Notes: generated by a model not told the origin, from the letters alone. Positions 16,971-26,078 are shown, counted from the stretch's first letter. The stretch is DNA of 64,000 bases from Candidatus Poriferisocius sp. (GCF_965219815.1 NZ_OZ244791.1:34007-98006); one strand, 5' to 3'. Translations and numbers: made by a program.

Positions 16971-17692
16971 CGAGACGCTCGTTCAACCAGCCAGCCGAAG
17001 ATGGGGTCGGTGGGGCGGGTGGGCATCATCTCGGGGTGCCATTGGACGGCGACCACGTGATCTCCCATCTCCACGCCCTCGATGGTGCCGTCTTCGGCCT
17101 GGGCGGTGATGGTGAGGTCCCGGCCTAGATCGGCCACCGTTTGGTGGTGGAGGCTGTTCACCTGGGCTGAGGGGCCGTACAGCTCATGCAAGGTGGAGCC
17201 CTCGGCGAAGCTCACCTGGTGGATGGTGGAATCTATGGGCAAGTCGAAGCGGCCGTGTTCGGGCACGTGCTGGTGCAGCGTGCCGCCTTGGTGGACGTTG
17301 AGCACTTGGATGCCCCGGCAGATGCCCAGCACCGGGATTTCAGCTCTGAGGGCGGCAGAGAGCAACGCGAGCTCTAGATCGTCGCGCTCGGGCTCGAGGG
17401 GCAGTAGCTCGGGATCGGGATCGGCCCCATAGAGGATCGGATCGATGTCGGTTCCCCCGGGCAGGACGATCCCATCAAGCCGCTCCCCCACCGCGGCGGG
17501 GTCGACATCGATGGGGATGTGAACCGGGATGCCGCCGGCTTCGATGACACCGCGGGCGTAATCGGCCATGTACAGATCGACATCGCGCTGGGCCATCATC
17601 TCGGGAAAGCCGCTGATCTCCGATGCCTGCTTGCGCCGGCCCGGCAGTCCAATCAATGGGAGTTTTGTGGTCACCGAATTGTTCGCTTCCAA
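16967..17692 (-). CDS. gamma-glutamyl-amide hydrolase (PuuD-like, peptidase C26 class I amidotransferase)
   Basis: GICRGIQVLNV nucleophile-Cys motif. Downstream HHQ and VQWHPE motifs. Confidence 0.75.
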   Translation of the reverse strand: MEANNSVTTKLPLIGLPGRRKQASEISGFPEMMAQRDVDLYMADYARGVIEAGGIPVHIPIDVDPAAVGERLDGIVLPGGTDIDPILYGADPDPELLPLEPERDDLELALLSAALRAEIPVLGICRGIQVLNVHQGGTLHQHVPEHGRFDLPIDSTIHQVSFAEGSTLHELYGPSAQVNSLHHQTVADLGRDLTITAQAEDGTIEGVEMGDHVVAVQWHPEMMPTRPTDPIFGWLVERASR

Positions 17693-17725
17693 ACGCTCTC
17701 ACTGTGAACGTTAGTTTGGTTTGCG

Positions 17726-18529
17726 GTGGCTGCTCCGGTTCGAGACGTGGACGGCGCAATCGCCTGGCGAGAGGCCGGCGAAGGCGATGTGGTGCTGTTT
17801 CTCCACGGCCTAGGGGGCTCGCGGATGGCGTGGGAGCCCCAGATCGAGGCGCTCTCCCACGGGTGGCGCTGTGTGGCCTGGGACATGCCCGGTTACGGCG
17901 CGTCGGCGCCGATCAGCCCGCTTGCGTTCGAGGCCATTGCCGACGCAATAGCCGAGCTGCTCGACATTCTGGATGTGGAATCGGCACACCTGTGCGGTTT
18001 GTCGTTCGGCGGGCACCATGCGCTGCACACCGCCCTGCGCCATCCCAACCGGGTCAAGTCGCTGGTGCTGGCTGACACCAGCGCAGCGTTCGGGGGCGAC
18101 GGGACCGACCCCGACGAATGGCGCCGTCTACGCACCGCGCCGCTGGACGCTGGGCTCGAGTTGGCCGACATCGCCGACGAGGTGATCGCTTCCATCGCCG
18201 CCCCCGGTTTCCGCGGACTCGAACGCGACCGCACGGCCTCGGCCATGGCCCGCATCCCCGCGGCGGGATTCCAGGCCGCGTGCGGGCTGATCACTACTCA
18301 CGACTTGCGCCACCGACTCGACGAGATCACCGCACCCACGCTGGTAGTGGTCGGCGAGCTCGACGAGGAGACCCCGCCCGCCTATGCGGCTGAGATCGCG
18401 GAGGGCATCGCCGGCAGCCGGCTGGAGGTGATCCTTGGGGCCGGCCACCTCAGCCCGACAGAGGCCCCCGACGTTTTCAATCAGCTTGTCGGCGAGTTCT
18501 TGGGTTCGCTCCCGGCCGCTCAGCCATGA
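17726..18529 (+). CDS. alpha/beta hydrolase (enol-lactonase-like)
   Basis: GTG start. LFLHGLGGS oxyanion region. GLSFGG nucleophile elbow. Confidence 0.7.
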   Translation: MAAPVRDVDGAIAWREAGEGDVVLFLHGLGGSRMAWEPQIEALSHGWRCVAWDMPGYGASAPISPLAFEAIADAIAELLDILDVESAHLCGLSFGGHHALHTALRHPNRVKSLVLADTSAAFGGDGTDPDEWRRLRTAPLDAGLELADIADEVIASIAAPGFRGLERDRTASAMARIPAAGFQAACGLITTHDLRHRLDEITAPTLVVVGELDEETPPAYAAEIAEGIAGSRLEVILGAGHLSPTEAPDVFNQLVGEFLGSLPAAQP

Positions 18530-18569
18530 TGGGCTTTGGCTGCATCTTCGTCATGAGAGGAAGCCCACC

Positions 18570-19883
18570 ATGAGCGACTACGACCGGATTCGCGTGCTGT
18601 GGCCCGACCACCTCGGCCTGGCTCGGGGCAAGTACCTGCCCGTCCATCTGGCCGAGCAGGGCACTGGGCACTGCATCACCACGTTCGCCCTCGGCTATGA
18701 CCGCAGCCTGATCCCGGCTCCCGGCGCCTATCTGCTGGAGGGGCTCCCCGACGTGGTGGCCTCCTTCAACCCCGATGAGGTCCGCCCCAGCTGGGAAGAC
18801 GATGCCACCGGCGTGGTGGTCGGCCATCTGGACTTCCGGGGAAAGCCCTACACCGTCTCGGCCCGCCATGCCCTTCAGCAGGCCATCGCGGCGTGGGGCG
18901 AGCTGGGCTACTCGCCCAAGGTGGGCATCGAGTTCGAGGCCTACGTGCTCCAGCCCGACGGCGAGGGCGGCTGGGAGCGCTGGGACACTCCCCGGTCGTT
19001 CGTCTACGGCACGGGCCGCTCAGCCGACCCGACCGGGCTGATAGACGACATCACCCGCACTGCCTGGCGGTGCGGGTTCCCGCTGGAGAGCATCAACGCC
19101 GAGTACGACGAGTCGCAATTCGAGCTGACCCTGGAATACGACGATGCCCTGAAAGCCGCCGACGAGGCGTTCTTGTTTCGGGTACTGGCCCGGGAAGTGG
19201 CCCTGAGTCACGGGCTGGATCTCACCTTCCTGGGCAAGCCATTCGTGGGGGTGGCCGGCAGCGGGGTACACGTGAACTTCTCACTGGTCGACGCCGACGG
19301 CCAGAACGCCTTCAACGACACCACAGCCGATGACGGCCTGTCGGCCCTGGCCAAGGGGTGCCTGGCCGGGCTGGTGGCCCACCACCAGGGACTCGTCGCG
19401 CTATGCGCCCCCACGGTGAACGCCTACCGGCGGCTCCAGCCCGCAGAGCTCAACGGCTACTGGGCCAACTGGGGCCACGACCACCGCTGTGCGGCCAACC
19501 GGATGCCCGAGGCTCGGGGGGCGGCCACCCGGATCGAGAACCGGGTGGGCGACGGCGCGGTCAACATCCACCTCGGGGTGGCCACCATCCTCCAAGCCGC
19601 CCGACTCGGCGTGGTCAATGAGCTGGAGTGCCCCGATCCGCTCACCGCAGACGGCTTCGAAGAGGTCAACACCGATGTGGGCGCGGCACCCAGCCTGGCC
19701 GCCGCCCTCGTACACCTCATGGCCGATCCTCTGCTGATGGCCGCGGTGGGCGACGAGCTGTGCCAGAACTTCATCGCCAACAAACAGGCCGAGTGGGAGC
19801 GCTACATCGCCGCGGTGGGCGAGGACGTGCCCGGCGGCGAGGTAACCCAGTGGGAGCTCGACGAGTACCTCATGTACCACTGA
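18570..19883 (+). CDS. glutamine-synthetase-family gamma-glutamyl ligase (PuuA/GlnA3-like)
   Basis: ATG at 18570 with GAGAGGAAG upstream. GS-like blocks: GIEFEAYV, GSGVHVNFS, NAYRRL, ENRVGD. Confidence 0.8.
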   Translation: MSDYDRIRVLWPDHLGLARGKYLPVHLAEQGTGHCITTFALGYDRSLIPAPGAYLLEGLPDVVASFNPDEVRPSWEDDATGVVVGHLDFRGKPYTVSARHALQQAIAAWGELGYSPKVGIEFEAYVLQPDGEGGWERWDTPRSFVYGTGRSADPTGLIDDITRTAWRCGFPLESINAEYDESQFELTLEYDDALKAADEAFLFRVLAREVALSHGLDLTFLGKPFVGVAGSGVHVNFSLVDADGQNAFNDTTADDGLSALAKGCLAGLVAHHQGLVALCAPTVNAYRRLQPAELNGYWANWGHDHRCAANRMPEARGAATRIENRVGDGAVNIHLGVATILQAARLGVVNELECPDPLTADGFEEVNTDVGAAPSLAAALVHLMADPLLMAAVGDELCQNFIANKQAEWERYIAAVGEDVPGGEVTQWELDEYLMYH

Positions 19884-19892
19884 GCGAGTGGT

Positions 19893-20612
19893 CTAGTCCG
19901 CCAGCACCTCGTCTAAATACCAATCGACAAAGGCATGGCACTGCTTGATGTTGGCCATCTCGTGCTGGCGGGTCTCCTCCATGAGCTGGTCGAAGTCCAC
20001 CCCGCACTCGTCCAAGTAGTCCTGGGGGGCCAGGCGAAGGAACGACTCCACGTGGGCCACGTCGACCTCGGGATGGAACTGGGTTCCCACCGTGCTGCCG
20101 ATCCTGATGAGCTGCACGGAGCTGTCGTTGCGGGCCAGCACATCGGCTCCGGGGGGCGGGGTGAACCGGTCGTGGTGCCACTGCATCCACGGCCCCGGTC
20201 CGGCCGGGTTGGGGCCGTCCTCTCCGTCGGCGAGCTCGAACCAGCCAATCTCGGTCACCGGTGACACCTCGACTTCTCCGCCCAGCGCCTCAGAGATGAG
20301 CTGCCCGCCAAAGCAGATCCCCAACACGGGCTTGCCCTCCTCGTGGGCTTGTCTGATCATGTCGAGCTCTTCGTAAATCCAGGTGTCGATCTCGTCTTTG
20401 TCGGTGAGCGTGCGCACCGAGCCCATGGGCAAGAGCAGGTCGTAGTCATCCATCGACGGGAAGGGCACGGCGACGTTGGGGTAGTCGTAGTCGTGGGTCA
20501 CCACATGGATGTGGACCTCGTAGCCCCGCTGGCGCAAGCGGGTGGCTATCTGGCCGGGGAGACCGTCCAACTCGTGGGCGATGGCCAGGGCGCGCTTCAC
20601 GGGCTGAACCAT
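19893..20612 (-). CDS. class I glutamine amidotransferase-like protein
   Basis: PVLGICFGGQLI nucleophile motif and FHPE. Start is ATG 20612, or GTG 20600 (GTGA overlap with the upstream stop). Confidence 0.7.
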   Translation of the reverse strand: MVQPVKRALAIAHELDGLPGQIATRLRQRGYEVHIHVVTHDYDYPNVAVPFPSMDDYDLLLPMGSVRTLTDKDEIDTWIYEELDMIRQAHEEGKPVLGICFGGQLISEALGGEVEVSPVTEIGWFELADGEDGPNPAGPGPWMQWHHDRFTPPPGADVLARNDSSVQLIRIGSTVGTQFHPEVDVAHVESFLRLAPQDYLDECGVDFDQLMEETRQHEMANIKQCHAFVDWYLDEVLAD

Positions 20613-21457
20613 AGATGCACCTGGCCGGTTCCCGCGACCGCCTCGTATTGGCCGAATTGCTCGCCAGCGGCAGTGCAAGCCGCCCCGCCGAGGGCACCCA
20701 CCATGGTCAGGTAGTGGCCGAAGAAGCCTTCGGGGGCGTGGGTGGAGAACTCCGGCAGGTACTCAAGCACCCCGGCGTGGTCGCCCTTGGCCAGGCATCC
20801 GATCACATACTCGTCGGCGGCTCTGGCCTCGGGCGTGCGGAGATGCCGCGCTGGATCGGCCCCCTCGTGATCTCGGAACTGGCGCAGCGGCCAGAACCGG
20901 TGGCTCAGACCACCGCTGGCCAACACCACTACCCGGCGGTCCAAGTTGGCCACAGCTTGGGCCAACAGCTCGCCGAACAGCAGGAAGTCATCGGGCTCGG
21001 CGGTCTGGCAGATGCTGGCCGACACCCAGGCCTCGTCGCCCTGGAGAAACGGCAGCAGGTTGATGGTGGGATAGTGAACCGGCAGATGGGGGTCGTCGAT
21101 GGCCGTAATCCAGGTGTCGTCCCGCCCGACGGCCTGGGCGGCCCACGCCTCAGCCAGCTCCCGGTCGCCGGGCATGTCATAGGGCACCTGGCACATGCCC
21201 CGGGGCAGCTCTTCTGAGGTGAACAGTCCGCCGCGGCGGTCATGGGAGGTCACGATGTGCTCAACGGTGGTGAACCAGTGGGTGTCCACCACCACCACAG
21301 TCTCGGCGCCAACTGGGCGCAGCCGCTGGGCACCCAGATCGTGGAGTCCCTGGTAAAGCGTGGTGTCCTCGCCGTCGTTGAGATATCGGCGAATCTCCTC
21401 AGGCAGCACCAGCGTAGGAACGTGGGATATCAGGCCAGCCCCGACAATCGCGCCCAT
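20597..21457 (-). CDS. class III extradiol ring-cleavage dioxygenase (LigB family)
   Basis: MGAIVGAGLISHVP...VVVVDTHWF pattern is typical of LigB-type catalytic subunits. Confidence 0.7.
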   Translation of the reverse strand: MGAIVGAGLISHVPTLVLPEEIRRYLNDGEDTTLYQGLHDLGAQRLRPVGAETVVVVDTHWFTTVEHIVTSHDRRGGLFTSEELPRGMCQVPYDMPGDRELAEAWAAQAVGRDDTWITAIDDPHLPVHYPTINLLPFLQGDEAWVSASICQTAEPDDFLLFGELLAQAVANLDRRVVVLASGGLSHRFWPLRQFRDHEGADPARHLRTPEARAADEYVIGCLAKGDHAGVLEYLPEFSTHAPEGFFGHYLTMVGALGGAACTAAGEQFGQYEAVAGTGQVHLWFSP

Positions 21458-21509
21458 CAGTTTGCCTCCTGTGTCGAAAAGAGGTGGATGCCTGCAACTG
21501 GATGGCCCA

Positions 21510-22784
21510 TCACGCCACCTTGACCGGAAGCCGCTTGATCCCGGATATGAAGTTGGAGCGCAGCCGGTGGATCGGGCCGGCGGGCTCCAAACGGCTCACC
21601 CGCTTCATCAGCTCTTCGAACACCAGCCTCACCTCCATGCGGGCCAGCCAAGCCCCGAGGCACAGGTGCGGCCCGTTGCGGCCGAACGCCATGTGGTCGT
21701 TGTGCTCGCGACCCAAATCGAATCGGAACGGCCGCTCGAATCCCTCGGGGTCGTGATTGGCGGACACAAACCAGATCACCACCTTGTCCCCTGCCCGGAT
21801 CTGCGAGCCCCGCATCTCAACGTCGCAGGTGGCAGTGCGACGGAAGTGCATGGTGACCGATCCGCTGCGCAGAATCTCCTCCACCGCGGTGGTGGTCAGA
21901 CCGGGGTCGGACTGCCACGCCTGCCAAAGCTGGGGGTGGTTCAGCAGGGTCCACATGCCGTGGGTCATGGTGTAGCGGGTGGTGTCGTTGCCCGCGGCCA
22001 CCAGCAGGGTGAAGAAATTGTTGAACTCCAGGTCGGTGAGCGGGTCGCCGTCGATAGTGGGGGCCAGCAGCTTGGTGATGATGTCGTCTCGGGGACAGAC
22101 CCGCCGGTCGGCGGCCTGGTCTTGGGCGTACTGGAAGATCTCGATGGCCGCGGGACTGCGAAACGGGACCATCCGGAACTGCTCGGTGTCGGTGAGGTCC
22201 ACCGGAAAATCGGTGAAGTCGGGGTCGGTGTTGCCCAACAGTGCGTCGCCCCAGGCCACCAGCTTGCGGCCGTCGGTGTCGTCGGTGCCCAGCAGGCGAC
22301 CGAGCATCCTCATGGGGAGCTCCTCGGCGATGTCGTGGACGAAGTCGAACTCGTCGTTGGCCAGCGCTTTGTCGAGCACCTCCCCCACCAGCTCTCGGAT
22401 GGAGTATTCGAATGTCTCCACCGTCCGGCGGGTGAAGCCCTTGTTCACCAGGCGGCGCAGCCGGGTGTGCTCGGGGGGGTCCATCTCCATCATGGTGCGC
22501 CGGGCCTCGGTCTGCTCGGCGTCCATCTCCTCAAGGCGGATGCCCAGCGACGAGGTGAACGATTCGACGTCGCGGCTCACCGCCAGGCAGTCGTCGTAGC
22601 GCAGAATCGACCAGAACCCGGCCCCGTCGGCCTCCTCGGTCCAATGCACCGGATCTTCGGCCCGCAGCCGGGTGAACGTGGCGTGGGGGACGCCGGCCAC
22701 GTAGGTGTCGTGATCAGTGATGTCGGCGTTATCGGGGCCGAGGTCGGCCAGATAGTTGTCGGCATGGGCCGGGACGGCCATCAT
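21510..22784 (-). CDS. cytochrome P450
   Basis: Heme loop FGRNGPHLCLGAWLAR. EEILR (ExxR). AGNDTT I-helix. ATG 22784 overlaps the upstream stop (ATGA). Confidence 0.9.
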   Translation of the reverse strand: MMAVPAHADNYLADLGPDNADITDHDTYVAGVPHATFTRLRAEDPVHWTEEADGAGFWSILRYDDCLAVSRDVESFTSSLGIRLEEMDAEQTEARRTMMEMDPPEHTRLRRLVNKGFTRRTVETFEYSIRELVGEVLDKALANDEFDFVHDIAEELPMRMLGRLLGTDDTDGRKLVAWGDALLGNTDPDFTDFPVDLTDTEQFRMVPFRSPAAIEIFQYAQDQAADRRVCPRDDIITKLLAPTIDGDPLTDLEFNNFFTLLVAAGNDTTRYTMTHGMWTLLNHPQLWQAWQSDPGLTTTAVEEILRSGSVTMHFRRTATCDVEMRGSQIRAGDKVVIWFVSANHDPEGFERPFRFDLGREHNDHMAFGRNGPHLCLGAWLARMEVRLVFEELMKRVSRLEPAGPIHRLRSNFISGIKRLPVKVA

Positions 22785-23575
22785 TCGGATTCCATCGGGT
22801 TGGGGGCGGCCCACAGCGTGGTGCCCCCGGCCATGGAATTGCCCACCTGCCGGTAGTAGCCGTCGATGATCTCAAAGGGTGCTAAGCGGGCGAGCTCTTC
22901 GGTGGGGTTGTCGGGCAGCACCAGTTCGGCGTCGCCGCTGAACACGGGGCCGAGGTCGGCGTCGTAGCCCCGCATGGTGACCAGCTCATCCAGCGAGTCG
23001 CGCCCGTCCATCTCGATGGCCGGCATCTGGCGGCTGTGCAGCATGGGATGGCTGTTGACGAAACCGGGCGACTCGGCGTTGCCCCGGATGGTGAACTGAG
23101 CCTCGGCAATCCGCCGCCCCCATGTGCTGAGGGTGGCGCCGAACTGCCCCCCGGGCTCGAGCCGGGGTCCGGCCTTGCCGTAGGCCACCGGGCGGGTCAT
23201 CCAGATCTCGCTCATCTTCTTGGGGTAGCCCTGTAAGTGGCCCCGGGCCATGGCGAAGTCCTTGTCCACCCAGATGTAGGCCGCCCGGCTGAAGATCTGG
23301 CCCTGATAGGTGCAGCGAACCACTAAGAACACCTCCTTGTACTGGGCCCGGGCCGGGTCGAGGATCTCCTCGAAGGTGTCGCTGCAACTCTGCCAGTCGG
23401 CCCAGATGAGGGCCACGGCGCCGGGGTCGTCGTCGACCAGCTCCAGCGGCTCGGGGAGGAGCTCGGCCACATTGGGCGGATCGGTGCGGAACTCCACGGT
23501 GAGCATCTCTCCCGAGTAGTGCCACGGCGGACCCGGCAAGATGCTGCCAGCGCCAGTCGGCGTTCGGGGATACAT
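22781..23575 (-). CDS. acetoacetate-decarboxylase-family protein
   Basis: PGPPWHYSGEMLTVEFRTDP and overall ADC-like layout. Start chosen at ATG 23575; the ORF extends to 23743. Confidence 0.6.
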   Translation of the reverse strand: MYPRTPTGAGSILPGPPWHYSGEMLTVEFRTDPPNVAELLPEPLELVDDDPGAVALIWADWQSCSDTFEEILDPARAQYKEVFLVVRCTYQGQIFSRAAYIWVDKDFAMARGHLQGYPKKMSEIWMTRPVAYGKAGPRLEPGGQFGATLSTWGRRIAEAQFTIRGNAESPGFVNSHPMLHSRQMPAIEMDGRDSLDELVTMRGYDADLGPVFSGDAELVLPDNPTEELARLAPFEIIDGYYRQVGNSMAGGTTLWAAPNPMESE

Positions 23576-23608
23576 GAACCCTTGGAGGTCGGCCACGCCG
23601 ACAGTATA

Positions 23609-23626
23609 TTCGTTTGGTACCAAACG
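23609..23626. promoter_or_regulatory. 18-bp perfect palindrome TCGTTTGGTACCAAACGA (operator)
   Basis: Read directly. Sits in the divergent intergenic region between the ADC-P450-LigB operon and the acyl-CoA dehydrogenase gene. Confidence 0.6.
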
Positions 23627-23716
23627 ACTCAACTGGGCTAACGCAGACGAGCGCCGTGGAAATAGAGTCGAGGCTGTGGATAAGGGATTTGTGCCCATCA
23701 AGCGCCGGGAGGCGCC

Positions 23717-24928
23717 GTGATGCTCGCCGATCTTGCAGCACAAGATGGAGTGCTGACCCCCGAGCGAGCCGCCCTCGTGGAGCGGGTTCGAGCACTAGGC
23801 CCGGGACTGGCGGCACGCGCCGCCAAAAATGACCGGGACGCGGCCTTCCCCTTTGACAACTGGCACGAAATGGCTGACGCCGGATTGCTGGGCATCTGCA
23901 TTCCCGAGTCGGCGGGCGGCTTGGGCGCCGACTTCGTGGGCTATGCCCTTGCGTCCGAAGAACTCGGGCGACACTGTGCCGCCACCGCATTGACCTTCAA
24001 CATGCACGTGTGTACCACGCTGCTGGTGGGACAGATCGCCGACGATATGGATCTGGACTCCCAAGAGCAGTCCGCGCTGCACGCGCGCCGGGCCGGGCTG
24101 TGGCAGGGCATTGTCGAGCAGGGTCACATTCACAGCCAGCCCTTCTCGGAGGGAATCGCCGCCGGGGCCACCGAGGGGTATGCCACCACTGCCGTGCCGG
24201 TGGACGGCGGCTACCGGGTGAGCGGGCGGAAGATCTTCGCCTCGCTCAGCGGAGCGGCTCACATCCACAACGTCGTGTGCGTAGTGGAGGGCGACCCCCG
24301 GATCCGCCTCCTGGGCGTGGCTGCCGACTCCGAGGGCCTGCACATCGAGGGCGACTGGGATTCGCTGGGGATGCGGGCCACCGACTCCCGCAATTTGCTG
24401 CTGGAGGATGTGTTCGTGCCCGCCGAGCGCGAGTGGCTACCGCCGGGGATGTTCGACCAAGCCGCGGCCCGGTGGCCGTACTTCTTCATGACCCTGTCGT
24501 TCGCCTACATGGGCCTGATGGGGGCCATCATGGACGCCACCGCCGAGTACCTCATCGGCGACGGCGGTCCGACGGCCAAGCGCTCCCACCCCATCAAACA
24601 ACAGGGCTGGGCTGAGATGAACCTCATCTACGACCGGGCCCAGGCGCTGTGCTACCGGGTGTTGGGCGAGTCCGGAGTCGATCCCGAGCCAGCCGCGGTG
24701 CGGCGGGCGTGGAGCTCGATGGTCACCACCATGGACGGCGCTCCCCAACTGGCGTCATTGGCGCTGCGGGTGTGCGGCGGGCGAGCCCTGCTGCGGCCGT
24801 CTCGCCTGGAGCAGTTCTACCGCGATGCCCGGTGCGGCGCGGCCATGCACCCCTGGAGCATGGATGTGTGCCTCGAACGCCTCGGCCGAGCCAGCCTCTT
24901 TGACGACGCCACCGAGACTCCGGTGTGA
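23717..24928 (+). CDS. acyl-CoA dehydrogenase family protein
   Basis: 403 aa. ACAD-like N, middle and C domains (e.g. FTFNMHVC, GRKIFASL). GGGAGG RBS upstream. Confidence 0.75.
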   Translation: MMLADLAAQDGVLTPERAALVERVRALGPGLAARAAKNDRDAAFPFDNWHEMADAGLLGICIPESAGGLGADFVGYALASEELGRHCAATALTFNMHVCTTLLVGQIADDMDLDSQEQSALHARRAGLWQGIVEQGHIHSQPFSEGIAAGATEGYATTAVPVDGGYRVSGRKIFASLSGAAHIHNVVCVVEGDPRIRLLGVAADSEGLHIEGDWDSLGMRATDSRNLLLEDVFVPAEREWLPPGMFDQAAARWPYFFMTLSFAYMGLMGAIMDATAEYLIGDGGPTAKRSHPIKQQGWAEMNLIYDRAQALCYRVLGESGVDPEPAAVRRAWSSMVTTMDGAPQLASLALRVCGGRALLRPSRLEQFYRDARCGAAMHPWSMDVCLERLGRASLFDDATETPV

Positions 24929-25986
24929 TCAAGAGGCGCGTTTCTATGGTCGAAAGTGCCTGGGTGCAGCGGTACGCCGAGCAGTTCGAAGCGTGCAAGC
25001 TGGCGCCGACCGAGACCGCGGTTGTGCTGTCGGAAACCCGGAGCCGACCCGAGATCGTGCAGACCGCCCGCCTGGCCCTGTCGCAATTCGGAGTCGCCCC
25101 CGTGGATGTGGTGGTCACCACTCCGCCCAACCCCGGGCCGCTGCCGATCCGCTCCACCGGGGCGTCGGTTGCACTGGCCGCCAACCCGGCGGCACTGGGG
25201 GCGCTGTCCAATGCCGACTTCATCGTGGACTGCACGGTGGAGGGGCTGCTCCACGCTCCCGAGCTCGGCCCGATCCTGGCCAGCGGGGCCCGGGTGCTGA
25301 TGATCTCCAACGAGCATCCGGAGAACACCGAGCGGTGGCCCCACGACCCGACCCTGGCCGATCGGGTGGCAACCGGTGTGGCTCTACTGGAGCAGGCCGA
25401 GATGATGAATGTGGTCTCCAACGCAGGAACCGACCTTACCGTCGATCTCACCGGCGCAGTGCGGGCCGGGTCGCACGGCTGGTGTACCGATCCGGGGACC
25501 ATCGCCCACTGGCCCGGCGGCCTGGTGCTGGCGTTCCCCGCCGCGGGAACGGTGAACGGCGCAGTGGTGCTGGCCCCCGGCGACGTGAACCTCACCTTCA
25601 AGGAATACGTCCGGGATCCGGTGACGCTGACCGTGGTGGACGACTACATCACCGCCATCGAAGGCAGCGGGGTGGACACCGATCTGTTCCGCTCCTACTT
25701 GGCTGCCTTCGAGGAGTCCGACGCCTACGCCGTGAGCCACGTCGGCTGGGGCATGAACACCTCGGCCCGTTGGGAGGCCATGGCGCTGTGGGACAAGGCC
25801 GACCACAACGGGACCGAACTCCGGGCTTTCGCTGGCAACTTCCTGTATTCCACCGGGGCCAACGAGGTGGCCGGTCGATTTTGCCGGGGGCACTTTGACC
25901 TGCCAATGCGGGGCTGCACGGTGACCTTGGACGGCACGCCAGTGGTGGTGGCGGGCACGTTGGTAGCCGAGCTGCTTCCTGCTTGA
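24925..25986 (+). CDS. NicX-like (2,5-dihydroxypyridine 5,6-dioxygenase / M29 aminopeptidase-fold) protein
   Basis: VSHVGWGMNTSARWEAMALWD...RAFAGNFLYSTGANE...GHFDLPMRGCTV aligns by eye with the P. putida NicX C-terminal half. GTGA overlap with the ACAD stop. Confidence 0.65.
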   Translation: MIKRRVSMVESAWVQRYAEQFEACKLAPTETAVVLSETRSRPEIVQTARLALSQFGVAPVDVVVTTPPNPGPLPIRSTGASVALAANPAALGALSNADFIVDCTVEGLLHAPELGPILASGARVLMISNEHPENTERWPHDPTLADRVATGVALLEQAEMMNVVSNAGTDLTVDLTGAVRAGSHGWCTDPGTIAHWPGGLVLAFPAAGTVNGAVVLAPGDVNLTFKEYVRDPVTLTVVDDYITAIEGSGVDTDLFRSYLAAFEESDAYAVSHVGWGMNTSARWEAMALWDKADHNGTELRAFAGNFLYSTGANEVAGRFCRGHFDLPMRGCTVTLDGTPVVVAGTLVAELLPA

Positions 25987-26008
25987 CGGCATCTTCTGAT
26001 ACTGACCA

Positions 26009-26037
26009 TTGACAGTTCTGGGCAGGAAATGTATTTT
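26009..26037 (+). promoter_or_regulatory. near-consensus sigma-70-type promoter TTGACA-N17-TATTTT
   Basis: TTGACA at 26009-26014 and TATTTT at 26032-26037, in an AT-rich patch upstream of the ABC transporter operon. Confidence 0.5.
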
Positions 26038-26057
26038 GACTTTTGTATACAAAAGTC
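26038..26057. promoter_or_regulatory. 20-bp perfect palindrome GACTTTTGTATACAAAAGTC (GntR-type operator-like)
   Basis: Read directly. Abuts the predicted -10 element. The core TTGTATACAA resembles GntR/FadR-family operators. Confidence 0.55.
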
Positions 26058-26078
26058 GTTTGCTCCCAAACGACTTTT
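26051..26078 (+). terminator. 12-bp-stem hairpin AAAAGTCGTTTG-CTCC-CAAACGACTTTT (terminator/attenuator; also contains the TCGTTTG-N4-CAAACGA operator)
   Basis: Perfect inverted repeat with a 4-nt loop. The 3' arm ends in TTTT. Lies 65 nt downstream of the NicX-like gene stop and 41 nt upstream of the SBP start. Confidence 0.45.

Noticed and set aside
21360-22856. 498-aa + strand ORF, and similar very long ORFs (2509-3660 +, 5460-6398 +, 24723-25601 -, 25725-26624 -, 33756-34832 -, 34837-36360 -, 30897-31778 -)
   Set aside because: All lie antisense to, or out of frame with, genes that carry unmistakable family motifs (P450, GHKL, NicX-like, GS-like, GntR). Their translations are Arg/Gly/Pro/His-rich low-complexity strings, typical of stop-codon-poor alternative frames in high-G+C DNA.
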